Shown: positions 27,301-40,652 of the stretch, one piece after another
How the letters are laid out: every line of letters begins with the position of its first letter
Position numbering within the stretch: position 1 is the stretch's first letter
Source of the DNA: Mobula hypostoma
Taxonomy: Eukaryota
DNA: 60,000 nt
NCBI RefSeq assembly: GCF_963921235.1
Contig: NC_086097.1
Span: 139,130,001 to 139,190,000 of the forward strand
Direction: 5' to 3'
Notes under the pieces: generated by a model
The model's database searches: none
What the model was told of the DNA's origin: nothing
What the model saw: only the letters and a program-made list of their open reading frames with translations
Translations under genes and position numbers: made by a program

Positions 27301-28045
27301 GTTATAAATGTCATTCCCATAGGAGTTACCTTTTCTGCGTTATAAGTTCTTAAATGGATATCTGCAGGCTTTAGTTCAGTATCTTTGAAATGTCATTCAA
27401 ACTCATTTTGTGGAATGACTAAAACAACCAAGGCAGTTTGCAATTCCACTTTAATTAATTTGCTGATCGTTTCTGGTGTAAGCCATATTGCTTATTTCAT
27501 GTTAGTTTTCATATTATAAATCTCAAGGCTACCCAGCCCTGTGTCACTCACATCGCTGTCAGATTTTTCATCAACAGCATGCAGGTTAAAGCTGTTTCTG
27601 AAACTGCAACTTGACATTTTAATCATTTTTTTCCCTGTGCAGTCTATTTATTTTTGTCTTCCTGATATGTTATTTGTATCTGTCCTACTTTGTTGCATTC
27701 TCTGCAAGTTGCACCTTTAAACCTTTATTGGTCTGGTTGTATGAGAGCCCCTGCGACAACTGTAACACAATTTATTCAGCCAGACCGGTTTCTGCTGAGA
27801 CGTTGCAAATTTGTTTATGTTCACTTTCATTCTTGACTGCAACTCAATTGCGTTTCTATCTGCTGTTTCCATTGATACAGCAATCTCAACTGCTCTTTTA
27901 AATGAGAGTTATGCTTCAGTTAGGAGCTATTTTTGAATGCTTTCTTGTAAGATTCCACAAACTAAACAATCTCTCAGTGCATCATTAAGCCCATCACTGA
28001 ACTGACCATGTTCAGACAATCTCGTCAATTCAGCCACATACTTTG
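24360..28045 (-). mobile_element. Degraded Ty3/Gypsy LTR retrotransposon internal region (gag-pol remnant); no LTRs recognised
   Basis: ORF 26736..27119 [24 protein letters not shown]...VDLAEAYLQM; 26520..26735 FTINTHKGL...QCYLDDV (RT); ACAASPYAIG-like RNase H start at ~26150; HENVDGLS.FP. Confidence 0.85.
24418..25658 (+). mobile_element. Non-autonomous hAT (Charlie/Buster-like) transposon inserted in Gypsy pol
   Basis: TIRs CAG(C/G)GGTCCCCAACCA (15/16 match); 8-bp TSD gtgtagac/atgtacac (6/8). ORF 24550..24867 FWIKVKAKYPEIATKALKTL.PFPT...TKTKLRNRLDI...LRLSLS is a hAT C-terminal dimerisation domain. Confidence 0.9.
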
Positions 28046-28629
28046 AAACTCACATGAAATGTCAGCTAGAGTTTGCCAGAAGGCATGTCAGAGACTCTAA
28101 ACTCAGCTGGAAGAAGGTTCTATGGTCTGATGAAACCAAAATTGAGCTTTTTGGCCATCAGACTAAATCCTACGTTGGGCATAAACCTAACACTGCACAT
28201 CATCAAAAATTGACTATCCCTACCATGAATCTTGTTGATGATTGCATTACGCTGTGGGGATACTTCACTGCAGCAGGCCCTGGAAGGCTTGAAGGTAGTT
28301 TTGTAAAACGGAATGGGGAAAAATTACAGTCTCCAGATGTGCAAAGCCGAAAGAGACCCATCCACAGACTCAAGGCTGTAATTGCTGCCAAAGATGCATC
28401 TACAAAATACTGACCTGAAAGGAGTGAATACTTATGCAATCAATTACTTTGTGTTTGATCATTGTAATTAATTTAGATCACTTTGTAGAGATCTATTTTT
28501 ACTTTGACACAAGTCTTTTTCTGTTGATCAGTGTCAAAAAAGGCCAAATTAAATCCACTGTGAATCAATGTTATAAAACTATAGAACATGAAAACTTCCG
28601 AGGGGGGCGAATACTTCTTATAAGCACTG
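28046..28629 (+). mobile_element. Tc1 transposon 3' fragment with right TIR
   Basis: ORF 28054..28413 WKKVLWSDETKIELFG...RLKAVIAAKDASTKY; ends ...gaatacttcttataagcactg. Confidence 0.85.
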
Positions 28630-31084
28630 CATATCAAATCAGCCCACAAGCAACCTTTGCAACAGAGAAAACAAGCCTACGTTTCCCCAAAAGCAATTCC
28701 CTCAAACCAGGAATCACCCTAATAAGCCTCTGTGATTACTCCTACAATATCTCTCAAACCTGAAACCTCAACCACCAAAGGCATGTTCAGCTGGTATTTG
28801 AGGATACCATGTACTGAAACTCTACAATTTCTCCTCACAGTCCTTCCTGATTTTAAAATATGTCACTGGGCCCAAATCTTTTAACTCCAAATCCAAAGGC
28901 ATGGTAGGAGTACCTTCAGCAGAAATGCAGGAACTCAAGGCAGAAGTTCAGCAATACTTTCTCAAGGGCCATCAATGTGGGCCTTGCATTTGGCAAGTTC
29001 TAATGCAAAAAAAAACTCCATTCACCTACCATCACCATTTTAGGACATCCATCAGGTCTCAATCAAACATTCGCCCGATTTTAAAATTCTCACACACATT
29101 TGCAAATCTATGACCTTACCTCTGCCTTTCTGTCTTTTTCTGTGCAGCAGGAGAATCAAGTCTGATGAAACGATTAACTGAATCACCAGCAGTCAAGTCA
29201 TCACCTGCCTAAATGCTAAAATTCCAGGATATCAAAACTCCCTGCCTCTCTTTCTTTAAGATACTTCATAAACCCTCCCTATTTTTCCTCCGTGAGCTAG
29301 GTTATCTACCCAGATATTCCCTTTACTTGTTTAGTACTAGATTTTCCACAGTAACTCTCCCAATACATCAAGAACACAGATACAAATAGAAGTTCTTGCT
29401 GCTGTTCATTTACCGTTTCAGTGTTCAAGAACAGATTCAGATTACTTCCCAAAATTGTTATGCCAAATCTAAAACACAGACTATGTGCAACTTGAAAAGA
29501 CTTTAATTCCCTTAACACATTTTCTGTCCTCTTTACATCTTCATCTCAATAAAAGTTTTAAAACTTTTCACAGAGTTTCGATGAATATGAAGTGAAAAGT
29601 TATCAGGCTATCTCAAATCAAATTTTAATGCACATATCATGTTGCTAAGTAGTAATTATTGCGGTAATCAGTAACAGGCACTAATTAGCACAGAGCTATA
29701 ACTTAAAAGCTATAATGAAGAAATGCCTAAAGCTTCATGGAATGCAAGTGCCCACTCCAAGAATACTTAGGCATCTACAATTAATTTTTACTCTGTAATG
29801 AATGTTTCAAAAAGCAAAAAAAGTAAAGAGATGGTGAAACGTTTTTCAAGAAACAATACCTGAGCATTGGAAGGAATATGCTGAATATAGAATGAATGAA
29901 TTTGTATTTTTCCAGTGAGTTTCAATACTCCAGGACATCCCACAGCACATTAAAATCAATGAATAACTTTTGAAGCCCAGTTACTTCCTAATCTATAAAA
30001 TATAGCAAGTTCTCAGAAAAATAATGTGAAATTAATCAGATATCATGTTTAAGTGAAGGAGGCAAGGAGGTTTAGAAGCTCCAGAATTCAGATAATTGAA
30101 GACATTCCTATAAATTGTGACATGGTTAGTTACAAAAATCAAGACTGTAGGGGATAAATACAGGCTCAACTTGAATATTTTGGAATTCAATCATTTCATC
30201 ATTGAAAGGTATATGCTCAAATACCTGAACCGAAATATTACACTTCTTCAAAATAGTTTGCGTATGCCTGAGAAGAAGTGGGTTGATACCTATCTAGATT
30301 ATAGTTCTCAGCTTTAACTATTGGCTCCAACAGCAAATGGATAAGCAAAGACAAGAGAGCAGATGCTCAAAGTATCTCACTGAGAACTTGAGGAGCCTTG
30401 GTATGGATTTATGATAATAACCACACCTACTCCTCCGGACCCATTAGGGCTGTTTCAAGAGCTATTTTTCTACCCTTTCTTTGCCCACTCACCTAATTTG
30501 TCAACAGTAATCTGAATTGGCTTTGAAGCTGGTACATTCAAAACAAAGAAAACTTGTCATTGCACTGAATAAAATTAATTACCTACTAAGCAAACAAAAT
30601 AAATTGCATTAATTGGTAACTTTAACATAGTAAAATATACAAAACCATTTGGCAATACAACTTAACTGTTCAAACTTACTGCAAAGAATAAAGCAATGAT
30701 TTTTATCCCCAAATGCAGGCTGCAATTTTTATTCATCAGATACAACTCATTTTTTGCCATTAAGCCACGGTAAAGATTTTGTGCAATGTTTTATTCAGGA
30801 GGCCTTTCTATTAAATGCATAGTTTACATCAAGATAACTAGGTGCTTAGGCATTATTTAGTAGAGTGACTGAGTTGAAGAAGAACATTAGACACTGGCAG
30901 CTCCAGCAGTCTGGTTGTGATTGCTTGCCCTACTGGCTGAACAAAACTTACTCCAGTCTTGTGACACTGATTGAATTACTGGTGTGACAACACCAAAGGA
31001 CAAAACATGCAAGACCATTGGCAGTCCCTTACAAGAACCCACAGACTAGAGTAACAACCAGAATGGGTACTGCAAACCAATAGT

Positions 31085-31520
31085 CACGTTGGTCATTGAT
31101 TTTGGAAGGGGTGGGGGAGGGGGAGTGGTGCACGTGCTCTTGTCTACATCAATGGTGTTAAGGCTTCATTTTCCAAGACAAGGCATTCTTGTCATTTCTC
31201 ACATCAGGCAGAAGATACAGAAACCTGAAAGCACGTACCAGCAGGCTCAAGGCCAGCTTTGTACTACTGTTATTGGATTCTTGAATGGAAGTCTTGTACA
31301 ATAAGATGGACTCTTGACCTCACAATCTATCTCATCATGATCTTGCACTTTACCGCTTACCCGCACTGTGCTTTCTCAATGGCTTCACACTTTATTCTGT
31401 ATTGTTATTGTTTTACCTTATTCTAGCTTAATGCAGTCAGCAATGACTTGATCTGTATAACCAGTTTTCAATACACGATTTTCACTGTACATGTGGCAAT
31501 AATAAACCAATGCCAATATT
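31085..31520 (+). mobile_element. Old Rex1/Babar 3' fragment
   Basis: VIDFGR-like start, catcaggcagaagatacag motif, and a tail ending aataaaccaatgcca. Confidence 0.6.
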
Positions 31521-33538
31521 GGGTACCCAAGACCAATTATGATTCATATTTGATTTTATATGGGCATATTCAACTAATTTGCACTGGAATGGTCTAAACT
31601 TCACATCGATAAACAAAATAAAACTGATTTTTTTTCTATTTGGTCAAAGAAGTGATAAATAAAAAAATCTTCTAAACCCTACTGGATGGGGCAGGTGGAT
31701 TATTTTTGGGATGAGCACATACATCATTGCCAAAGCAGGCATTTATTGTTCATTACTAATCTCCCATCTTCTTGATTCTGTGTAGTCAATGTGTTGAAGT
31801 TACTCCATGGCATTTTTAGGTAGGAAGTTACAGGTTTATTTATGCCTACTTTTTATTCTAAATTCTTAAACTCTGCGTGTGATTTTTTTTTCAGTACAAC
31901 TGTGGAGGAAGAGCTGGCATAGCAGCAGTACATTAGACATTATGTATTAGAACTGGACAGAACATTCTAGTGTAATTCTGTTTTCAGTAACTTCTTTTGG
32001 CAGGGGAGCAAAGAGAAAAGAAAACAAATTATGCTAGAGAAGATAGACAGCTTATTAAAAAGAGAAAGACAAAGGCATTAGAGACAAAAAATGAGGAGGC
32101 AGAAAGTTGACACCATCACAAAAGACTTGCAACATCACAGCACTGAAAATAAACATGCGTGCAAATAAGTGTTGGGGGGGGGGGAGGAAACATCTTGAAC
32201 AAAGTAAAAAAATCATGAGCTATAAATCTTCAATATCAATAGAAAGTGCCTTTAACAGGTTTGGCTCTCTGAGGGGGAGGGCGAGGAGGGAGCGGAGAGC
32301 AAGGGAAAGATGATTTCCCCATGCCGCTGCCCCATTTTTAAGATTTCAGGCCTGCTACAGGCTTCTTCCAAACCCACTGGAGGATAACTGAATGTAGAAA
32401 GACTACTCTTGCACAGAATATGTTCAAATTATTTCATGGCTTATTAGCAATTTTGATTCTTGCTCAGCACAAGTAATGGCCATGTTTCCGACAGCAGACG
32501 GCAGGATAGCATGAGCGAGTCCCTGCTGTAGTTAAAATATGGCAGATTAGATCATTTATACATCAGGAGTGCTGCTAGGTAAGCTAGACTCATTTCAACA
32601 GCTGTTACAATACAAACACACCCAGAGGCACACGAGGACAATCTTTCTCCTCCTCTTCAAGCACACTGTTTTATTAACTTCCTACCTAACAATGCCATGG
32701 GGTACCTACAACACGTAGATGATAAAGAATCAAGAAAATGGGAGACTGGTGACGGAGTTTTATAGCTTTTCTTCACAACTATGGGAGCAGCAGCTCCTTT
32801 GGAAGTTCATCAGGGTCAAGAATGACTGACGTCCACTCGAGTTCTGTAGCTTCTGAGGTGGTCGATGACGGATTTGCAGTTCCTTTCACAGGTGAGGTAA
32901 GAAATACCTGACTTGGGAGGTAGTTGGTGTGCTTCTTTCACGTGCTACACTGAATTGTTTCGTGCTCCTTCAGGAACTTGAGACTCTCAAGTGCTATCCT
33001 AAATGTGTGCTGTTGTGTCGTGGAATTTGCTAAAGGATCTTTGTTTTGTGGATGTTAAATCCAAAGCTACTTCTCCCACTAATGTTGGTGAACAAATTGT
33101 TAATGCCTTGGAGCTTGAACACCAAACATGTGCACACTATAGAAGCACACCAAGCATAACAACATCCCTTCCTGATAACCAGACATATGTAAGCCTCAGA
33201 AGGGAACTGCAGAGCAATTAAGTAATGGGATCCAGAATGATTTGCCCTTTCCTTGTCTACAGGTACAGTAGCAGGAGGAAGTAAACTTGCCGATATTGAT
33301 GCAAGGAGATTAATAAACATTCAGTTCTATTGCTTCATACATTGAGATCCTGGATGATCATCTACTTTACTTTTCCCTTAATCCCCATCAGCTTCAATTC
33401 CCTTGGTATCCGATAGTCTATCAATATCAGACTTGCTCATACACTAAATATCATGGAGCATGGAATTTTTTTTAAAAATGCAGAAACTGAGAATTCAAAA
33501 TAAAAACAGATAATGCCACTAATACTCAGGTCAGGCAT

Positions 33539-36500
33539 TATAGAACACAGAACAGTACAGTGCAGGCCTTTCAGCCCACAATGTTGTGCCGACCCTCAAA
33601 CTCTGCCTCCCATATAGCCCCCCACCTTAAATTCCTCCATATACCTGTCTAGTAGTCTCTTAAATTCCACTAGTGTATCTGCCTCCACCACTGACTCAGG
33701 CAGTGCATTCCACGCACCAACCACTCTCTGAATAAAAAACCTTCCTCTAATGTCCCCTTTGAACTTCCCACCCCTTACCTTAAAGCCATGTCCTCTTGTA
33801 TTGAGCAGTGGTGCCCTGGGGAAGAGGCGCTGGCTGTCCACTCTATCTATTCATTTTAATATCTTGTACACCTCTATCATGTCTCCTCTCACCCTCCTTC
33901 TCTCCAAAGAGTAAAGCCCTAGGTCCCTTAATCTCTGATCATAATCCATACTCTCTAAACCAGGCAGCATCCTGGTAAATCTCCTCTGTACTCTTTCCAA
34001 TGTTTCCACATCCTTCCTATAGGGAGGCAACCAGAACTGGACACAGTACTCCAAGTGTGGCCTAACCAGAGTTTTATAGAGCTGCATCATTACCTCGCAA
34101 CTCTTAAACTCTATCCCTCGACTTATGAAAGCTAACACCCTATAAGCTTTCTTAACTACCCTATCTACCTGTGAGGCAACTTTCAGGGTTCTGTGGACAT
34201 GTACCCCCAGATCCCTCCGCTCCTCCACACTACCAAGTATCCTGCCATTTACTTTGTACTCTGCCTTGGAGTTCGTCCTTTCAAAGTGTATTGCCTCACA
34301 CTTCTCCGGGTTGAACTCCATCTGCCACTTCTCAGCCCACTTCTGCATCCTATCAATGTCTCTCTGCAACCTTCAACAATCTTCTACACTATCCACAACA
34401 CCACCAACCTTTGTGTTGTCTGCAAACTTGCCAACCTACCCTCCTACCCCCACATCCAGGTCGTTATTAAAAATCACGAAAAGTAGAGGTCCCAGAACCG
34501 ATCCTTGTGGGACACCACTAGTCACAACCCTCCAATCCGAATGTACTCCCTCCACCACGACCCTCTGCTTCCTGCAGGCAAGCCAATTCTGCATCCACTT
34601 GGCCAAACTTCCCTGGATCCCATGCCTTCTGATTTTCTGAATAAGCCTACCATGTGGAACCTTGTCAAACACCTTCTTACTAAAATCCATGTAGATCACA
34701 TCCACTGCACTACCCTCATCTATATGCCTGGTCACCTCCTCAAAGAGCTCTGTCAGGCTTGTTAGACACCATCTGCCCTTCACAAAGCCATGCTGACTGT
34801 CTCTGATCAGACCATGATTCTCTAAATGCCTATTGATCCTATCTCTAAGAATCTTTTCCTACAGCTTTTCCACCACAGACGCAAGGCTCACTGTTCTATA
34901 ATTACCTGGACTATCCCGACTACCATTTTTGAACAAGGGGACAACATTCGCCTCCCTCCAGTCCTCCGGTACCATTCCCGTGGACAACGAGGACATAAAG
35001 ATCCTAGCCAGAAGCTCAGCAATCTCTTCCCTCGCCTCGTGAAGCAGCCTGGGGAATATTCCGTCAGGCCCCGGGGACTTATCCATCCTAATGTATTTTA
35101 ACAACTCCAACACCTCCTCTCCCTTAATATCAACATGCTCCAGAACATCAACCTCACTCTTATTGTCCTCACCGTCATCAAGTTCCCTCTCATTGGCGAA
35201 TACCGAAGAGAAGTATTCATTGAGGACCTCGCTCACTTCCACAGCCTCCAGGCACATCTTCCCACCTTTATCTCTAATCGATCCTACCTTCACTCCTGTC
35301 ATCCTTTTGTTCTTCACATAATTGAAGAATGCCTTGGAGTTTTCCTTTACCCTACTCGCCAAGGCCTTCTCATGCCCCCTTCTTGCTCTCCTCAGCCCCT
35401 TCTTAAGCTCTTTCTTGCTTCCCTATATTCCTCAATAGACCCATCTGATCCTTGCTTCCTAAACCTCATGTATGCTGCCTTCTTCCACCTGACTAGATTT
35501 TCCACCTCACTTGTCACCCATGGTTTCTTCACCCTACCATTCTTTATCTTCCTCACCAGGACAAATTTATCCCTAACATCCTGCAAGAGATCCCTGAACA
35601 TTGACCACATGTCCATTGTAAATTTCCTTGCAAAAACATCATCCAAATTCACACCCACAAGTTCTAGCCTTATAGCCTCATAATTTGCCTTTCCCCAATT
35701 ATAAAATTTTCCTGTCCTCTCTGATTCTATCCTTTTCCATGATAATGCTAAAGGCCAGGGAGCGGTGGTCACTGTCCCCCAGATGCTCACCCACTGAGAG
35801 ATCTGTGACCTGCCCCGGTTCGTTACCTAATACTAGATCTAGTATGGCATTCCCCCAGTTGGCCTGTCAACATACTGTGACAGGAATCCATCCTGGACAC
35901 ACTTAACAAACTCTGCCCCGTCTAAACCATTGGAACTAATCACGTGCCAATCAGTATTAGGGAGATTAAAGTCACCCATGATAACAACCCTGTTATTTTC
36001 CCACCTTTCCAAAACCTGCCTCCCAATCTGCTCCTCTGTATCTCTGCTGCTACCAGGGGGCCTATGGAATACTCCCAACAGAGTAACTGCTCCCTTCCTG
36101 TTCCTGACTTCCACCCATACTGACTCAAAAGAGGATCCTGCTACATTACCCACCCTTTCTGTAGCTGTAATAGTATCCCTGGCCAGTAATGCCACCCCTC
36201 CTCCCCTTTTTCTGCCCTCTCTGTCCCTTTTAAAGCACCAAAATCCAGGAATATTGAGAATCCATTCCTGCCCTGGTGCCAGCCAAGTCTCTGTAATGGC
36301 CACAACATCATAATTCCATGTATCCAAGCTCTCAGTTCATCACCTTTGTTCCTGATGCTTCTTGCATTGAAGTACATGCACTTTAGCCCTTCTACCTTAC
36401 TACCTTTACACCCTTTATTCTGCTTCTCTTTCCTCAAAGCCTCTCTATATGTTAGATCTGGCTTTACTCCATGCACTTTTTCCACTGCTCTATCGCTCTG

Positions 36501-37450
36501 GGCCCCATCCCCCTTGCAAATTAGTTTAAACCCTCCCAAACCATGCTCGCAAACCTACCTGCAAGGATATTGCTTCCCCCTCGAGTTCAGGTGCAACCCA
36601 TCCAATCTGCACTGGTCCCTCCTTCCCCAGAAGAGATCGCAATGATCTAAAAATCTAAAACCCTGCTCCCTGCACCAACTCCTCAGCCACACATTCAACT
36701 GCCCTCTCCTCCAATTCTTACCATCACTATCACGTGCGCTGGCAGCAATCCTGAGAACACCACCCTTGAGGTCCTGTTCTTCAGCCTTCTGCCTAGTTCC
36801 CGGTACTCACACTTCAGGATCTCATCCCTCTTCCTGCCTATGTCGTTGGTACCAACATCTATCACGACTTCTGGTTGCTTTCCCTCTCGTACCAGGATGT
36901 CATCCACAGGTGTCCTTCTCACATCCACAAAACCTCCTGTCTGCTCCCCTGACTATAGAGTCTCCAATGACGACAGTTCTTCTCTTCTCCGTCCCACCCT
37001 TCTGCACCACAGCGTCAGACTCAGTGCCAGAGGCCCTGCCACCATGGCTCACCCCTGGTTGGTTGTCCCCGCCAACTGCATCCAGGACGGTATACTTATT
37101 ATTCAGGGGAATGGCTACAGGGGTGCTCTGCACTACCTGTCTGCTCACCTTCACTCCCCACCCCACCCCGACTGTCACCCAACGACCTGCTTCCGGCAGC
37201 CTAGGTGTGACTACCTCCCTGTAGCTCTCATCTATGACTGCCTCATTCTCCCTTACGAGTCGAAGGTCATCCAGCTGCTGCTCCAGATCCCTTACATGGT
37301 CTTCCATATCGCCAAGCCTCACGCACTTCTGGCAGATGTGACTATGCGGGAGAGGGGCGTTCCCCCAAGACTGCCACATCTCACATGAGAGGCACATCAC
37401 CGTCTCAGGAGGCATTGTAAAGCCTAACTGGGAGCAAGCTCGTCCTCCGT
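33539..37450 (-). mobile_element. Near full-length CR1 LINE (ORF1: Cys motif/leucine zipper + SGNH esterase; ORF2: APE endonuclease + RT), disabled by frameshifts
   Basis: 36900..37415 CLSCEMW...CQKC...LEQQLDDL and VVIGDSIVRG; 36695..36928 VGTNDIG; DGLHLN at ~36590; 35839..36327 AITETWL...MGDFNLP; 34436..34783 FDKVPHGRL...[12 protein letters not shown]1 3' tail at ~33540. Confidence 0.93.
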
Positions 37451-37713
37451 TATCAGTTGAAAGGGAAACAAAGTGAATATTTCAGATTGGAGATCCTTTG
37501 TCTGAAACAGTACTTCCTGTTTCTATGGCATAAGGTTCTAAAGATGGCAAATGATCCTTCACTGCAAACCTGTAGAATGAGTGATTGCCAATAAACACAC
37601 AAAGTATTCCTTTTGTATCACAAGTATAACCTACAATGGCACAAACCATTTAGGATGTACCGCTGTCTCCATTTCATCCATATGCTCATGAATAACGTGC
37701 ATACCATTTCATT

Positions 37714-37880
37714 ATGGCATTGTGGTGTAGGTAGCAGAGCTGCTGAAGCACGGCTCTGATGACACAGGTTTCATTCTGACATCCAGTGTCATCCATGGGG
37801 AATTTGCACATTCTGCCCCTAACTATCTGGGTTTCCCAGATGTTCCAGTTTCTCCCATACCTCCAGCCCCAACTGCAAAG
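37714..37880 (+). mobile_element. Degraded tRNA-derived V-SINE-like element
   Basis: A-box-like tggcattgtgg, B-box-like ggtttcattct, and V-domain-like tttgcacattct...tgggtttccc...tccagtttctcccatac. A second fragment lies at ~56208-56345. Confidence 0.6.
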
Positions 37881-39357
37881 AATTATATCCAACTACAAAG
37901 TTCTAATACAAATATGAGGTGGTATTTGACAATTTCTGTAACTAATATTTGCACAATGCTACACTGATATCAGTGGTAAAAGAAAGAAAACTTAGGTAGC
38001 ATCTTTCATGACCTGATGATATCATAAAATACAAGTACTCAATGAAGTACATTGGAAAAGTGGTCATTGTTGGATTGTAGAAAGGTGAAATATATAATCC
38101 TGTATCAGTCCCATTCCTTTAAAGTAAATACTTTATTTACTTAATCTCTACTCATACAAAATTCCTACATTCTGGAAGTCAATTGAATATTACCAGCTTC
38201 CATCTATTTTTTTAAGCAACGACTAAAATCCTGTGTTGTACATATATTGTTTCAGTTGCCAGAGGACAAGGGGGAGGTTTTTTTTTAAATATCAAAAAAA
38301 ATAGCGTGACTGATGTCCACTGCATGGAAGCAGATTTAATCGAGAATTTCAAAAGGAAACTGGCTAAATACATGAAAATCAGAAACACACAAGGTTGGTG
38401 AGAGAACAGACTCACATTAATTTTGCAGCCAACAACACGAGAGTGGGAAGATTGGTCTCCTCCTGTGCTGTGCAATCCTATTTTTATAATCATACAGGAT
38501 CAGGAAGAACAGCTAAAGAGATTGGTTTCTGTGCTGGTTCTCTAACTGCTCTACTATGGGGTGGCGGGGGGAGATGGGAAAGAAAAAACTGGCAGAAGAC
38601 AGAGTAATCAATAGTAAGGGGACAAATGAAATAAAAACTGATGTGAAGGGGAATATCAGAAACAAAATGGTTAAAAGACTTGCAAAAAAAAAGGTGATAT
38701 TCCTAAAAGTTGCACATCTAGACATTCAATCAGAAACATGGTTATCCCATGAGAGAGCAAATCACCTGAGTTTTTTAATCTGCTGTTCTGTCACCCACCT
38801 CTAAGCACAGAAAATTGTTAACATCTGTATAATGACCCAAATGTCACCTGTCAGATTCCTGCATGATTAATTTCACACCTCTGCCAGTAAAAGATGAATT
38901 GCTTTAGTAGCTCCCTCCTCACAAAGTGCTGCGTATGTACAAGTTATTTTGTGGCAATAAAGGAGCACAATGCCATTCTGTTGGTTTGAACAAAGCAGAC
39001 AATTTTAAACAGAATTTGGATATGTACTGAATAGCAAAGATTAAACAGCAAGTACTGTTCGTTAATAATTTCCACATCCCAAGTCAATGAGATTGATTAG
39101 GCAGTTTGCTGACAATACAATAAGATAAAGCAACTCAAAAACTTAAGTGGAGTGATTGCAGATCACCATCCAGTGCACCAGTCCATAAAAATATATATTA
39201 CAGAAAATGGGTCCCCAATGGGTTATCAAACCAATACAGACATCATACTTATTCATCTCAATTCAGTCTTTGGATTATATATTAACAATCAGAATCAAAA
39301 AAGAAGCACTTGCATAATCATTTTCAGACAAAGTACAATTTAGTCGACATGAGCAAC

Positions 39358-39360
<3 letters not shown>

Positions 39361-39384
<24 letters not shown>
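39361..39384. repeat. (AC)n microsatellite
   Basis: 12 perfect AC units. Confidence 0.9.
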
Positions 39385-39390
<6 letters not shown>

Positions 39391-40652
39391 CCGAGATTTG
39401 TTACAAGCATACCCAATACATCCAAATTCATAATAAAATCAATGAAAGACCACACCAACAGGGCATACCTCCAGTGTGCAAAAGACAATAAACTGTGCAA
39501 ATACAAAAAGAAAGAAATAATCATAATAATCACAACAACTAATAAATATCAAGAACATGAAATGAAGGTTCCTAGAAATTGAGTCCATAGAATGTGGGAA
39601 CATGTCAGTGATGGGGCAAATGTGTGAAGTTAACTCCTTTGTTCAAGAGCCTGATGTTTGAGGGGCAGTAACTGTTCCTGAACCTGGTGGTGCTAAGTCC
39701 TGAGGCTCCTGTACCTCCTTCCTGATGGCAGCAACAAGAAGAGAGCATGACATACTCTCAGGTGGGAGTCCCTGATGATGGATGCTGCTTTCCTGCAACA
39801 AAATTCCAGATAGATGGGCTCAATGGTGGGGAGGGCTTTCCCTGTGATGGACAAGGGCACTGATGCTTCCATACTAGGCTGTGATGCAGCCAGTCAACAT
39901 ATGCTCCACCACACATCTATAAAGTTTATCAAAGCTTTAGATGTCATGCTGAATCTTCACAAATCCTAAAGAAGTAAAGGCTTTGTCGTGTTTTCTTCAT
40001 AATTGCAATAACGTGCTAGGCCTAGGGCAGGTCCTCTGAAATGATAACACCGAGGAATCAGAAGTTGCTGATGCTCTCCACCTCAAATCCCCTGATGAGG
40101 ACTAGCTCATGGACCTCTAGTTTTCTCCTCTGAAAGTCAAAAATTAGCTCCTTCGTCTTGTTGACATTGAGTAAGAGGTTGTAGTGGTGGCTACACTCAT
40201 CCAGATTTTCAATCTCCTTCCTAAGTGCTGATTCATCATCACCTACTACAGGTGTCCCCCGCTTTTCGAACGTTCGCTTTACGAAACCTCACTGTTACCA
40301 AAGACCTACATTAGTACCCTGTTTTCGCTTTCAGAAGGTGTTTTCACTGTTATGAAGAAAGGCAGCGCGCGATGAAACACAGCAGGCACCCCGAGCAGCT
40401 GCTCTCCACCAGATTCAGAACTGCAATCTTGCCGGCATTGCTTAAACACGTTGCACTGAGCAGCCGTTAGCAAGATGAGTTCTAAGGTGTCGGAAAAGCC
40501 TGAAAGAGCTCGTAAGGGTGTTACACTTAGCATAAAACTAGACATAATTAAGCATTTCGATCATGGTGAACGAAGCAAGGACAAAGTGAGTTTGGCTTAT
40601 GGAAGCGGACAAAGTGAGTTTGGCTTATGGAAGCCGACGAAGATGATGTTGA

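Noticed and set aside
37714..37790. Possible tRNA gene
   Set aside because: No cloverleaf can be formed, and it is followed by a V-SINE-like body, so it is a decayed SINE head.
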